Shown here piece after piece: positions 40,566 to 55,009 of a DNA stretch of 64,000 nucleotides. Below the pieces are notes generated by a model. The model was not told the origin of the DNA. It did no database searches and saw nothing but the letters and a program-made list of their open reading frames with translations. The stretch is taken from contig JAYWIR010000028.1 in assembly GCA_036172245.1 (NCBI GenBank), positions 1,860,001 to 1,924,000 on the forward strand, read 5' to 3'. The number at the start of each line of letters is the position of its first letter. Positions within the stretch are counted from its first letter, which is position 1. Source of the DNA: Raillietiella orientalis (lineage: Eukaryota). Made by a program: the position numbers and the translations under genes.

Positions 40566-43500
40566 CACACATGGAGAAGTCCTTTAACTTCGTGGAACTA
40601 TGTAAAATCACTTCACAATGTGACTTGTGCTGTCCGCAGGCGTTTCACTTCCGTGATAAAAAGGAACCTCGACATTCAACACGTTAACGGATACGGAGCA
40701 GAAGTTGACAAGCCTTTGGGAACCCTGAAAGAGAGCAGTTGGAAGAATCCATTTCTGCCATCTCCACAAGAGGCTGATTCCACTAACTGATTTGCAGGGG
40801 CGCACAGGCCTGCAAGTGGACACGCGCAAGTCGGCAAGAAGGTGTTCTCGCATTCTGGGGGACATCGAGATCTCTGGGTTACGTCCATCGGCATACATTA
40901 AACAAAGTGGAAGAACGAATAAAACGAACTGCTCTGGATGAGAAGCGGAAGAACTGACTTGGGAATTCCGAAAGGCTCTAGCTCTGTCCTTTAGGGAACA
41001 GAACACACATCCGATGTTTACTGTGCGACACCGTCGAACGGTGAGGAAAACGCAAGGACAAACATGCGGTGCGAAGATTCCGTTATGCTCCTAACGTCGG
41101 TGTTTTACATCCGAAGCACTTGTTATCTCCAAGCGAACTTTCCTCTGTTCACTGAAACATCCAGTTATCGGATAAGACTTCGAATGTGTACGTGCACGAT
41201 CACACGGAACCGGAAGTACGTTATTTAACAGTGATCCTTGCGCGTACTCGTGGCGCGTCGGGTCAACCACGTGCAGATCAGGTGACTTCATTCCGGTCAC
41301 CGAATCCGTTTCCGACACTAACCTCCTTCCATGCGGAGAAACTGCACTAACAAAATGGATGATCACTTCCGAAGAGCTACTTCTCTTATCATCATCTTCC
41401 CAACCTTACCGTCCTTTTTCCAGGCCACCTGTTATCTGAGCAAATAAAATTCAACTGCCACACGAACACTCGGTATACCTGCAGAACTTTCGTTCGTTCC
41501 GTATCCCCCCCCCCCCAACACACACACACACTTGCACAAGAGTATTCTTTTCATTCTTTTCTCGCAGGTGTTGGCCATAAAACGAGGGTGATGTGGCACG
41601 TTTGCAGCTAGAAGAACCAGCTGGACAAAACGTGAGCAACACGATATGCTGCTCACCAGACGAGCAGCGCGGCATGGAGCAATACGATCGTGTTCTATCA
41701 TGCAGACGAGAACTACCTGAAGAGTTCCCCCCCCCCCCCCACACACACACACACAAGCACAGGGCTCAAGTGGTCCTGAGAACTATGGCAGTGAATTCTA
41801 CGGAGATCGCGCAAACTCGGCTTCACCCATGCGTTGGCGGCATGCATTCCGTGAGAGAGAATCCGAGCTCAAACAGAGGAAAAGTGGGTTCACGGAGATT
41901 GGAAGCTGCACTCTTACTGACTTGGATGGAACAAACGGCGGAGAGCATGCACGGAATCATTCGGCAAAGTGTCCGCAGGCAAGTCCGCTTGCCGCCGCAC
42001 CAGAGCAGATCACACGAACACAGCTGCAGCCGCGCTGCTGCCGTGGCTGTACCCCCGTTACTGGACAGCAGAGCATCTCCTGATTTGTCCCTCGGTGAGG
42101 GGAAAACAACGTATCATCTACGAGCAACTTCCTGTACACTTGACACGTCATCCCTAAAAGGCAAGCTCTTACACACCCTGAAAAAAGCAACGTGAGGGCC
42201 CCCCCCCCCCCGCTTTCCACGAACAAAGGAAAAAGAAAACGCGCGTGCGACCCTGGGAGCCACGGGCAAATCATGCGATAGGAATGAGCAAGCAATGAGA
42301 AAAATCTTTCGCGCAGAGGAACGTTAGCGTTTTCTTCCTTTTTTCTTTCTTTCTCCCTCCCCCTCCCCCTCGACTTCTCTCTGCCCCTCTTTGTTTGCCG
42401 TCTGCAGCAGCACTTACGAAATCAGCATGTATTCCGAAGTAGACGTGTGTGTGTGTGTGTGTTTTAGCACACTCGGGGAACGGAAGTCAAGAAACACTTT
42501 GGAGAACTTGGAGATTTTACCATCTCAACGCTTTCCTTTGTCGAAAGAAAGAGGGAGGGAGGGAGGAAACAAAAAAAAAGGGGGTGGGTGGGAGATACGA
42601 CATCCAAAGCGTACGGCACGTCATCAGGTGAGAGCATTCCTTTTCCCTTCTTCCCCCCCCCCCCCAGTTAACTACGCCCCGGGCGTACCCGGGTGGCAAC
42701 CCTCCCCCCCCCCCCCCAGTTAACTTTCATTTTCTACACATTGCATCAGACACTCCGGACGTGTTGCTGAGAGTGGCGGTCGAGAGTCCCCTATTCCCGA
42801 GCGAGCACGTGAACCCACCTCGAAGGGGTACGCGACGATCCCCACCGGCTTGCATGCAGCTGGCATCCGGAAGCGGAACTTTTGATCTGATCGGCAGACA
42901 CTCTCTCTGGCGTTTGGTATTCCGCCCGCTGCGGTGCCAAACGGCAGTGCGCTTGCTGTGGAGAAGAGTGAAATTCGGCAGGGATGGAGACACGCAGCAC
43001 GCTCGCGACGACCTGCTGGAGCTACGAAATTGCTTAAAAAAGAGAGAGAGACACGCGTCGGCAGGTAAATATCTAAAAAGTTAAAAATCATTTTCGACAA
43101 AAACAAATGATTTTCAGTGAGACGGGGGGGGGGGGGATAAGGGGAAGGGAAAAAAAAAGAAAAAAAAAAGAAGTGCCGTAGCCATTCTATTCGGTAGCCT
43201 CACGTGCGTCCACAGCTTGAACATGCCCGCGTGAGATGCTGAATACATTGGCTACTACCCAAAAATGTTCGTACAGGGATCGGTAATTGCAAAGAAAATG
43301 AATTTACCTTTTCTCAAAAGAAATCGAAAGATCTTTGCAATTCAGCAAACATCTTTTCGCAGCATCCTTCATGACTCTTCGGAACGAAGCTTCGAAAGAT
43401 GCGCAGTTCGTTAAAGTCTTACAAAGCTTTGAATCGTTTGCAGCCACGTCCACTACTGATAGGAGTGAATTCAATCAGCATCACTCGCGTTACACGATGA

Positions 43501-43719
43501 CGCAAACTATTCCTCAGCCGAGCTTCTAACCGCCTACGGCCAATGTCTCAGAGACCGCTGGTTCAAAAACCTGTTCGTTCCAGCCAGCCGGCATACGCAG
43601 CGAATCCATAATTTCATACCTGAATAAGGAACTCCAGGGAAAGAGAGAGAGAGAGAGGGAAAAAGGGGGGAAAAAAAAAAGAAAAAAAGAGGCCAAACCA
43701 TGTGCAGAATGAAAAAAAA

Positions 43720-44521
43720 ATGAGAATTCGTTTCCTTTCACATGCATTACTCGGCCGCAAGTCCTTGGCCATCACAATTATTACTGCATTCCTGCTCGTA
43801 TGGAATTTCAAATACAAATTAGCGACACGAAAGCCTCTTACCGCATTGGAAAAAGGCGTCACCGAAATCATCGGCTATTACATGGGTGCAAACATGAACG
43901 ACCTCGACATGGCAGAAGGTAAGACCCAAATCAACGAAGCATTCGTATTCGAAAGTACAAGTGCTGGATCGAAACATGTACAACCCGCAAAAGAGAGCGG
44001 GAGAAAAAGGCCTGCCCGTTCGCATCCTGTCGCACGAAACGCAGCAGATGAAATTGCTGTACCCCATACACGGCTTCAACCTGCTGGCCAGCGACCGCGT
44101 GTCCGTAAATCGGACCTTGCAAGACGTCAGGAGCGAGGAGTGAGTATCCCCCCCTGACAGTGCGATTGACCGGTGACCACTTGTGCGTCCGTTGAAGGTG
44201 CAGAAGGCTTTCGTGGCACGCGAGGACACTTCCCTCCGCGTCTGTGATCATCATCTTTCACAACGAAGCCTGGTCCACTTTGCTGAGGACGGTGCACAGC
44301 GTCATCGGCCGAACGTCTCGCAGCATCCTCCGCGAAATACTGCTGATAGACGATGCAAGCACCAGAAGTAATAATTTTGTTTCCTATGCCACACTTTTTT
44401 TTTTCCACAGGATTCCGGTCGACGTGGTCGCTGCCGATCGAGCGACAGGGTGGACGGGAAAACACAATAACTAGCCGTCCCTATCACCGATTTCGAAACA
44501 AAAACGAAATTGTTCGGAGGA

Positions 44522-44571
<50 letters not shown>

Positions 44572-46335
44572 GTGGGGACACCGGTCAGGAGCTTCAAACT
44601 TTGGGAACAACGCGTCGTCAGAGCGTCGTCGTCGTTCTGACACTCGGCCGTTCTTCAGCGCTTTTCAAGAGCAACGAGTGTGCTCTCTCCACATCACACA
44701 ACGTGGACATGTGGCCGCATGTGTACACGTAATCACGCACAGACATGCATACGCTCGGATACAGCAATCAATCGGTGTGTGCCCGAGTGCCAAAGTACTG
44801 AAACCACAGCATGAAACTTTGTTCTGGAAATTTAGGTTTCCTCCTGCGTTCGCTGGAAGATTACGTAAAGGAATTACCGGTGCCATGTCGAGTGCTACGT
44901 GCACAGCAGCGCATCGGACTGATCCAGGCGAGATTAAAGGGAGCGCTGGAAGCAAAGGGCGAGATCCTGGTCTTCCTGGATTCCCACTGCGAAGTCACGG
45001 AAGGTAAGAACGGGGAGGATCCCAATCTAACTTGCTTCGGAATGCCCGTTAGGATGGATAGAAAATTTGTTGCCGCACGTGCTCGATGACCGAAAGAAGG
45101 TCGTCTGCCCTACAATCGACGTCATTAGTGATAGTTCCTTCGCATACATTCGGGCCCTTGAAAAGAATCACGGAGGAATGAACTGGAATCTTCACTTTCG
45201 ATGGCATCCCGTGCAGGAACAAGAGTACAAACACGGGGACGCAACGGTGCCCTTTCGGTAACCTAACGATCTGTCCGGGCTGGAGGATGCCACAGAGTTG
45301 TTTTCCAGAACGCCCATTATGGCGGGGGGTCTCTTCGCCATCGATAGGAATTTCTTCTTCGAGATGGGGGCATACGACGAGCAGATGCAGATATGGGGAG
45401 GAGAAAACATCGAGATGTCCCTCAGAGTAATCAACCACTAGCGCTGATAACCTAATTTTGATTCAATTCAGATATGGCAATGTGGAGGAAAAATTGTAAT
45501 CGCTCCTTGTTCACATGTAGGGCATGTATTTAGAAAATTTTCTCCTTATAGCTATCCGCAAAGTATAACGAAAACACTTCACAGAAATTTGGCAAGAGCA
45601 GCGCTTGTATGGATGGACGAATGGGCAAATTTTTTTTTCCGTATAAATCCGGGTGAGTGAAAAAAAAAAAAAAAAGGGGGAAAAAAGTTAGCCAAGTACT
45701 AGCAAAAAATAGATGCCAACGAATTCCGCAATGAGAACATCACGCAGAGATTAAACATTAGACGTCAGCTGCAATGCAAAAATTTTGAATGGTTCCTAAA
45801 GAATGTTTACAAGAATCATTATTTTCCAAGTAGAGAAAATATTCTGGGGAAGGTAACAAGCCTTCATATTACGGGTTAATCCTGTATATATATATTTGTA
45901 TTATTTATAATCCCGCTTATATATCGTGCAGATTCACAACACAAACCACAGTTTGTGCATACAAAACCTAGTAACCCATGAAAGATCAAACATCCAAGTG
46001 GCATCATGCAGCAGAGATTACGACCAAAAACAGTTGTTCGTCTATAGAAGAGATGGAAGCCTGTCCACTAACGAATTCAATTGCTTGGATAGCTCTGATT
46101 CACATGACATGAGACCTGATATTCACTTGCGACCCTGTGCAAATTCAGAAAGACAAAAGTGGATCATTCAGAAACCTGTAGGGGCAAGGTTGTGAGGAAA
46201 CTTAACTGTTTGTTTCAGAAAATGCACATTGTACATCTTGTGAGTCGAAAATACATGAGCTACAATGGAAATTCGGTGACTTTGAAGCTTCATGAAATCC
46301 CTGCATGGAGCTTTAGAATCATAAACTGGTATTAA
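43720..46335 (+). CDS. Second polypeptide N-acetylgalactosaminyltransferase, 10 exons, ~575 aa
   Basis: Exons 43720-43918, 43956-44139, 44198-44367, 44836-45003, 45053-45257, 45309-45426, 45472-45652, 45713-45852, 45932-46177 and 46219-46335, phase-consistent. TM anchor, [35 protein letters not shown] and a divergent lectin domain. Confidence 0.93.
44527..44568. repeat. (TG)n microsatellite in an intron of the second GALNT
   Basis: Seen directly. Confidence 0.97.
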
Positions 46336-46379
46336 TGATGGAAATTAAAATCAAAATTTACTGAACACTAGAACATATT

Positions 46380-49300
46380 TTATTATTCCCTTTGGGATTG
46401 TTTATTTCCAGATATTCGAAATAAATGATAACATTTTATGTATTTTCCTCCAAAGTACTTAGTCATCATGGGGGCAAAACTAGTCTGAAGTGAAATAATA
46501 ATTATTGGCAACAATTATTAAACATGACAATTCATTATTTGACATTAATTTTTACTGCTAATTTTTGGCATTTCTAATTCATTGAAACTTATGCGTACCC
46601 TTAGTTTCTCTAGAGACATGCACATTTTTCATTACACTGCTCCATGGGAGTAAAAAATTTATGATGTCATTGCTAATTAATCTAATTTATGAACTCAAAT
46701 TCTAACGTAATGCCTTCCAAGAAGTGAGTCTAGTAAAAACCAGCATGCAAACCACAGCAAACAATGGTATTCTGAGCAACATTTGTATATTTCCTAGTTA
46801 CCTCATAAAAATATAGTGCCTACATGAGTACAAAATGGTGCAATGCAACCACTGAGGGCAAAGATGATGCATGACAAAAACAAGGTTTTTCCATACCTAG
46901 GCTTTACAGATTGATTCAAAGTTCTAACATTTCAGTGCTACAGTAAAAGTAAGGGATCAATTTCTCCTCAAGTAAAGATGATTAAAACTTGCTTTTTTAA
47001 AGAATAACTTGAAGATATTTAGAGGTTTCTTGAACTATCATTGATAACTAGGTTTGATCGTATCGGTTAATCTGAATTTGATAATCACACCAATAATAGT
47101 CATTATACCATGCCTTAGACCACAAACTTTCTAAACTGCATTGTCAGGAATAAAATTAAATTAGTACTGATGATAAATGAAAAGAATTAACCTTGTTAAT
47201 TGGCAATGCCATGATAGTAATCCAATACAACTAATTAGTGATGCCCAAACACAGTCTAAAAGACTTAATACCCAGTCCCTAATACAACAACTGGCAAATA
47301 CTTTAAAGTATTACTGAACTGAAAAGGAAAAAGCTGATAATACTGAAAGAATGACTTTGACGTTATGTCTGTTTTAAGTAATTCTAGAATTCAAACTACT
47401 TCATGTAAACTCTTTCATTTCCTTAATCAAATTGACTGACACTTTCCAAACTTAAGAGTATGAACTTTAAAAGCATGATGTTTCAAATAAATTGCAAAAA
47501 TGAGTCCCATCAGTTAAGTTTAAGGAACAGAGAAGTAATGAACACCTATTATGCTATGAAATTCTTTGAAGGACCTCAACACAACAGAAATAAGAACATG
47601 AACTCCCGAAAGTGCAGAACCTGACATTTTCACTAACTCAAATAATGGATATATCAAAGTGGTATTATTAAAGTTCCTACTAAATAAGCTGGAACACTTA
47701 TCTGGGGGGAACACTAGAACATATTGCTACTTTTCAGCATAAACATTTGAACTTGTTTGATGATTTCAGTTTTCCATAATTTCGACACAAATCTTTCAAT
47801 TAAGATTACATTTTTGATGCATCATACATTTAAATTTTCAACAGATTTCAAAATATTGCTGTATACTTATTTGTAAATGATCCTATTTTCATCTGAATTT
47901 CTAATAATTTATTTTTCATTCTTTTATTATCCCTGTATCACACTCCATTCCTACCAAATGTTATTTGCTCATGCAACAGCCAATCTTCATGGCACAAATA
48001 AACTAAACTAATGCTTTTGCTAAAATAACTACTGACATTTTAAATTGGCTTAAAAGCTTTGTTATAATGATATAAAACTGATAAAAGATACTTATACGCT
48101 TTTTAAATCTGAAAAGCTCTAGCCAATTGAAAAAAAATCACATCACATGTTCCAAACTTTTATTATCAAAATTACCACTCTGATATTTAACAACACAAAT
48201 ACAAAGATTTTTTTTTAACGCTATGCTATAAATGATTACATCATTTCTTGATTTGTCAAAAGAATTCCAATCTGCCTTCCCAAATCAATTTAAATCTAGA
48301 AGCAATCTTTTGGTATTTGTTCTAAATCTGTGCATCTTATGAACTTTGGTCAGACTGAAGGCTTACTGGAAGATTGAACTCCATGCTTCCCAGATAAATA
48401 CAGGCTTATAAAAGATTTGCTTCAAATCATCTTTCAATCTTACTATAACCACTTCAGTGAGAAATTTTAGAGACCATCCTAGTAAAATAGCAACAAGTAA
48501 TCAAGTTTCAAGGGCTTCTTACAAATTTATTCAACATGTCTAGCTGATGTTCTTTATCAGTTTCTCGTGCATGCACATAAGTTCTTCACAGCAATAGACC
48601 TAAATGCAATGTTTTTGTGCTCTTATACATAGGTTTCTACAACTTTTTAGCTTCAAATGAAGCAGATTAAAAACCTTATAGATTGTGAAAAATCAAACTA
48701 TAAGGTTACAGCCCTCCATACTATTATATTTGTCTACACTTATATCTAATCAGTTTACTTATCATATACTAATTAAACATTAATTGATTTCTACTCGCTA
48801 ATTGGCTCAGCAATTCATTACAAACTAAAAGGATTCTCATCATTTCTATATCAAATTCAAATACATAGTTAGGGGCCATAACGCTTTAAAAAATGCTCTA
48901 CTGAGTTCTCTACTGATCTAGCTTTCTAGAACATTATTAGAACAAATTGCCACTACATTAGCACTTATTACTGCTTTCCGACTTTATTTTACAAGAGCTT
49001 CACTAATCACCTTATATGATGATCCAACAAGCTAATTACCATTTGTATTCTTATGAAAATCTTGAATATTTTCAAAACAATAAAGTACTGGTTTCCAAAA
49101 CTTCTTATTTACCACACATTATTTATCAACTGCTAATACGTAATTCCTTCCCAATGAAATACGAAGACATACTTCAGCACTGTGTAATGATGTTACATGA
49201 TTTCTTCCAGTTTTTTTTCCAGACCTGTCAAGTAAACAGCCAGTGTTTCACAGTGCGAGTTTTTCATTTGAGAAATGAAATTTGATTGTTTTCCAAATTC

Positions 49301-50300
49301 CCCCTTTCCTTTTATACTTTTTTTTCCTACATATACATTTCTGTCTTTCCCTAATTCCACATCTGTTGAAACATAGTTTGGTCGAGACTATGTTTTCAAA
49401 AGTATTTTCCAAATACCTACCTTTTTTAAAGACCCTAAAGTTATAACAATTCTTAAATCCAGATGGTTAATCTAACAAATGAACAAATAATCTAACTGTG
49501 CTAAATAATTCAAGTTTAGTGAAATGCTGTAGAGAAAACCAAAGTCCATAAAAAAATCCTGAAAAAAAAAAGAAAAAAAACTATACGCTAGAGAATTAAA
49601 AGTTTTGGATAATGAATAACTAACAGACCTATACCTCGCAACTACAGCATACTTTGTTAATCTCAAGCTGTTGAAACTTTCTGGATACAACACTAAAATG
49701 GTCGCTCCACGAATTAAATGATAAACGGTAACACAAACCACTAAACGAATGCATTTCCTTATGAACAAGGATCATAATTTCAACAATCCAAATACAAAGA
49801 TACATAACTATAATATGTATTTAACTCACCTATATTCAATCAATATTATAGTGTGCTAGATTGCAATTAAAGTATTGGAACTGGATACTCATGTATATTT
49901 CGAATACCGCTTAAAGTTCACACACATACACCAGATCAATACAATCAAAAATCAGGTAATTACTTAGGGGCATTAAAGGTAAGTAAAACAACACACAAAG
50001 AAACATAGAATCAGATTCAATAAACTCTACACTTTCATACTCAAATAATACACGTAATTCCAATTCCTACCTATCTTAGCATAGTTACCACCTTCAAGTC
50101 AAGCGGAAATTTCGATTTTGTGTTTTTTTGCACAATTGGAATCAGTTTACTTTTCAAATAGTATCAGTAAACATTATTGTCTCATCTCTTTAACGAATAC
50201 ATGATTGTAGCAATTGGATATTAAGCGAGCAGGCAATTAAAAATGGATTTTTAGGCTAAAAGCTCTAGACGGAAAAACCGGCTAGAAAGATATAGCGATT
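46380..50300 (-). other. Possible spliced non-coding or small-ORF transcript in an AT-rich, CpG-poor block
   Basis: Candidate minus-strand donor/acceptor pairs (e.g. 47318-47191, 47134-47108, 46937-46897; donor gtgagt at ~49829; acceptor ttgacag at ~49225). No long ORF. Confidence 0.3.
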
Positions 50301-53300
50301 TTTATCATTGTGTCTTCATTGCAGTGTTACTCGGAAATTTAGCTAAATAAGAAAATTGCTTGGACAACATTTTGGAATCTGTACTGTTTGCAAACCTTCT
50401 TTGCATTCCCATATTTCTTTTAGAAACATGGGAATGCGAATTTGTTTAAAAAAAAAAAAAAAAAGAACTCTTGCTTTTGCAACAGAAAAATTGGAACAGA
50501 GTAAAACACGCAGAAATATTAAAGAAATAAAAAGATCTGTCTATTATCAAAATATAACATAAAAGAAAGGATTTTGATTTTTTTTTGTATCTCCATTTGA
50601 GAAACAACAAAAAGCGTGCATCGAAAACAGCACTTAGGGAATAAAAATGCACACCGCTGTTGCATAAGCATAAGCAGCGTATACGTATATAACACTAACT
50701 TAATAATTGATGATTAAATAAAAGAATTAAGGAACTTACAAAAAAAGGGCAGAGAGATCTATGACTTTGAAGAAGTATGGAAAGTTTCATTAGACCACGG
50801 CATGTTAGTGTGGAATACTTATCCAGCAATATTGTTCTTTTTGTTTATATTTTGTTTCCATAAGTATAAATATCAAATGCCATATTACAAACTTCTTTTA
50901 CTACAACATGCTCGATATTCACATTTGTCTATGAAGTAGTTTAGAAAAATCTACTCATTGAAACTTATTGTTTCAATTATTAACTTGTTATTCTTCCCCA
51001 AAGATTCGCTGAACAGGAAAAAATAAAACTGGAAGTTTTTTATCGGGATAAATGATCTAGTGGTTGTATAAATAACATGAACTTCTTTTCGTAAAAAATG
51101 AGAAACCATTAAAACTGAGGGGAAAATGGTGCCTTCATGTGCTGATTTTCAAATCACTGCAGAATTGCATAATTATATTTTTAAATGGAATGCATATTTC
51201 ATTTACAACAATAAATCAAGCAATAAATAATAAATCCATGAAGAATAAAGAATAATTAGTTATAAATGCAACAACATACCATAAATAATGAAAAGTGAAG
51301 CACATAACCGTATTTATAGGTTGAGCTTATAAATTGAAGTTAAGGCTGATGATGTGGAATTACGTGAAAAAAAAAGGAATAAGGAATGTACATAAGTGAT
51401 TTGTTGTAGGTGTGATAATTCTAACAAGATTGGAAGGTTTTTAAAGTTGTAAGCTATATGAAACGTTTAAGGTGTGTTTGCGAATATAATGAAAGATATG
51501 GTCAGTATTTCAGTGATGCCCAGTGAATATAGAAAATTTACTCCGTTTTTGAACTTATTACCTTGAAATCGGCATGCATCCACAGCGTTCTGGGAGGATA
51601 CCACAATGTATCCACACTTGCAACTTAGATCTAAGACACAAACTTTTAAAGCCGCACTTCTTTGCATTCATTGGATTGAGCATTTCTTTGATTTCTGCTA
51701 TGCAGAGATTAATATCTGCTCCATTCATCTCAAATACAAAAAATTGGGGACCCTTTCGTGGACACTGATCTCTCGGCTTATCAAATCGATACTTTTTCTG
51801 ATTCCTAATTCCCCGTGCCTTGAAATTTTTCTTCTTCTTAATCCTCCATCATTCTGGGATCAAAATGCATACTACATTTCTTGAGTTGTGCCTGAACCAT
51901 TTGCTTCAGGAGTCATGTATGTGCATCTCTACTCTCGCTCCCAAGCTAACAGAGAATAAGCAGTCTTGAATGAATGGGAAATCTACCCAAAGATGCTCCA
52001 CTCTAGGCAAGCTACTTATAATGTTATTTTCTTCCGTGTTTTGTCCACCAATGTGGCTTCTCTCGAGTTCTACAGCTTCTGGTTTGCATGTTGAGAAGCC
52101 TCCTTATGATAATGAATTCGTTCTTCATCTTAAATTGCCATCTAAAACGTTATCATCTTTGTGCCCTTGACGACGACAGTTTCAGTTTGAGTACACACCA
52201 CGTTAGATCTTGAACTCGCATCCCCCCCCCCCCGTTTTTTTTTTTTTTTTCTTCTCCGTATGCACACACCGCGTCGGACCACCCTCAATTTAGATCGTTG
52301 CTGGGTTTCCAGGATTCCACAGAGAGAAACAGGAAGCTTCGTAGGTGTTCAGCTGCACAGAGTTAAGTGGAGTTGCAGCTGAACAGTAACCGTGTCTCGA
52401 AAAAAACAAACGTAGGTCGGGGCTGATTTTTTCTGAAAGCGTGCCAACGAGAAGAAACACGAGCTTACAATATCGGAATTTTGGGCACTTGATTTATCGA
52501 AGTGTACGCGTTTCAATTCTCCAAAGCACTGGATCATTTGAGCTCATGACCCCTGACGCAAAGGGCCAAATCCCCTGGTAACCATGATCGAGAGGAAGTC
52601 GTTTCCTTCACAGTTTCACCGACTGAAAAGAGAAAATCAAAAACATCTCTGAAGTTTGTTGGGATCCTGTTTTTGAAGTTCTTTTTGCACAGTTCTTAGC
52701 GTAAAAATCTACCACTAACAAAAGCTATTAAATCGCAGGACCATTTTTTTTTTCTTTTTTTTTTCCTATAAAAGCACAGAAAGGGAAAACACGTTGATTT
52801 GAGCTTTCAAGTGACCATGAATGAATGAATATAAGAGTGATAACAAAAGTGAGATCCTTAAAAAACGATCATTGCGTCCATTAGGATGCTTTGCGAAAAA
52901 TTCAGTAGAACGATTTATCGAATGGAGAATGCCAAGGATTCATCCCTGTCCCACGATCCTGGATCCCAGGCGGAATTTTTCAGCGTTCCAACCCATTTTT
53001 GATTTTGGATGGCGCTGTTATGGTAATGAAATAAATGTAGGAGCTCCATTAAAAATGCTACATAGATCAATCAGAAAATCATCATTCAACCCATCTGTTC
53101 ACATGAAGGGTTTTAAGATTACCTAAAAGCTACAAACGAAAGCTTTCACCTTTTGTTTCATCCCGAAAACCCAACCCGCGGCATTACTGAAATTTCCTTC
53201 GAATCTTCCAAGAACATCGTGCATCCGGGGGATGTTCTGGAGAGGCAACACCTGAGGATTTATCAGGCAAGCCAATGGCCTGCGTTTTCAAAATGCCTCG

Positions 53301-55009
53301 GCAAATAGGAGTTTCCTTTCTCAAGTCCTTGCTGCTACGGAAAAATCGAATTATCACGCATACACAAATCGCGCAGGCCATGTTACAGATGATGTGATGG
53401 ATTCGGAAGTTTCATGCAATATGAATTGAAATTGCGATTTTCTCACGGAATTTCCTTGGAGGTAATTTCCATTCGTCCCGTTTCCCAAGACGATGCACCA
53501 TGCATGCCGACCCCACTGCAGCTCCCTACGCTTAGTGCACTCGGCACCAGCCCGGAGCCATCAAGAAGGGAACACAACAGATGCGGGAGACCTGCAAATT
53601 ATCATTGTCTTATTTTTTTTTTTCATTCTTGATAAAGATGAAAGATGAAAGCACTCCGAAAAGCAGGGTGCAGCTTCTGCCTTTTTTTTTTCTGAAAAAG
53701 AGAGACGCCATTTTTCTCTTCTTCCTTTTTTGTCTTTTTCCCACTCGTTCGATCTCTCTTCCGCTGTCTTCCTGTTGTCCGGATTGGAGATGTGGGAGGC
53801 AAACCAGCTGAAATGGACCTGTGACAGTTAAAAGATGGCAAAGGGGAGTTGATGTTGCGTACGAAATCGGACCATCCAAAATCTTCAGGTCGGATCCCCG
53901 ACTTCAAAGCAACAGCAATAACCTCAAAACATCTGCGCATTTTGCAAATGCAATTTCAGTTTTCCCGCATTTCTGCCTTTAAACGGCCGCTGATTTACTT
54001 CAAACACTTTGCTTGAAAGCTTTCCTTACTGGGAGTGTGTCAAACCACGTCCGTTCCCGGCGCAGGTTTATCACCCGGACCTTCCAGGGCATTTATATAT
54101 AAAATAATAAAAGTATAATTTAGTCAGTCTTGTGGTGAAACACTTCGTCGGCCACGATCGTCCAGCCTGTCGGTCACCGGTATGTGGACCGGTGAGGTCT
54201 GTTTCCGCAGCGAAGGGGGAGGGAAAACCACGGAAAAAAAAAAAAAAAAGGTAAGAAAAGAGGGAGGGGGGGAATGTTTCTTGGGGAAGAGAGGGAGGGG
54301 AAGGGATCACAAGACGCCGGGAGACGTCCTATGCATCTTGTCCAAGATGCCCACAAGTTGTGTTCTCACATTGCCCAGATGGGGCCATCTCGGGACAGTC
54401 TTCAAAAAGATCTGCGCCCAGTGGATGGCGCCCCTGCCATTCTGACGTCTTCTTGTCGCGTTCCAGCTGCCAAAGAAGAAGAGAAGTTCAAAGCAGCAAG
54501 GACCGTAGTGAAAAGGATCGGCCAGGCAGATCTGAATGCAAAAGAATTGAATTTGCCTCTAGGAGCTCGTTTCTGAAGGTCATCGTCGACCAAGCTGGCG
54601 TGATTCCTTACTAGTCTCACCAGTAAGTTTCCAAGCACCAGTGCTGGTGCTCTGAAGCAACAGAGAAACTTGGAGGCACAGGGTTTTTCCTCTAAAGACT
54701 GTTTCATGTAACACTTTCAATTAGACCTCTAAAAGTAGTACCATAACAGCGCAATCAAAAATCAAAAATAAACTGGAATGCTGAAAAATTCAGTCTGGGC
54801 TATAGGATCGTGGGCCAAGAATGAATCTTTACCATTTTCTATTCAATAAATCGTTCTGCTGAATTTTTCGCAAAGCATCCTAATGGACGCAATGATCGTT
54901 TTTTAAGGATCTCACTTTTGTTATCACTCTTATATTCATTCATTCATGGTCACTTAAAAACTTAAATTCAGACAACAGTGAGTCTTTGTGACTGAGTGGC
55001 TGACCTCGA

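Noticed and set aside
48000..50200. C/D-box snoRNAs in the AT-rich block
   Set aside because: No well-spaced RUGAUGA...CUGA pair with a terminal stem found by eye. A covariance search is needed.
51470..52170. Short ORFs near 51.5-52.2 kb as a gene
   Set aside because: Interrupted by stops in all frames examined and no recognisable motif.
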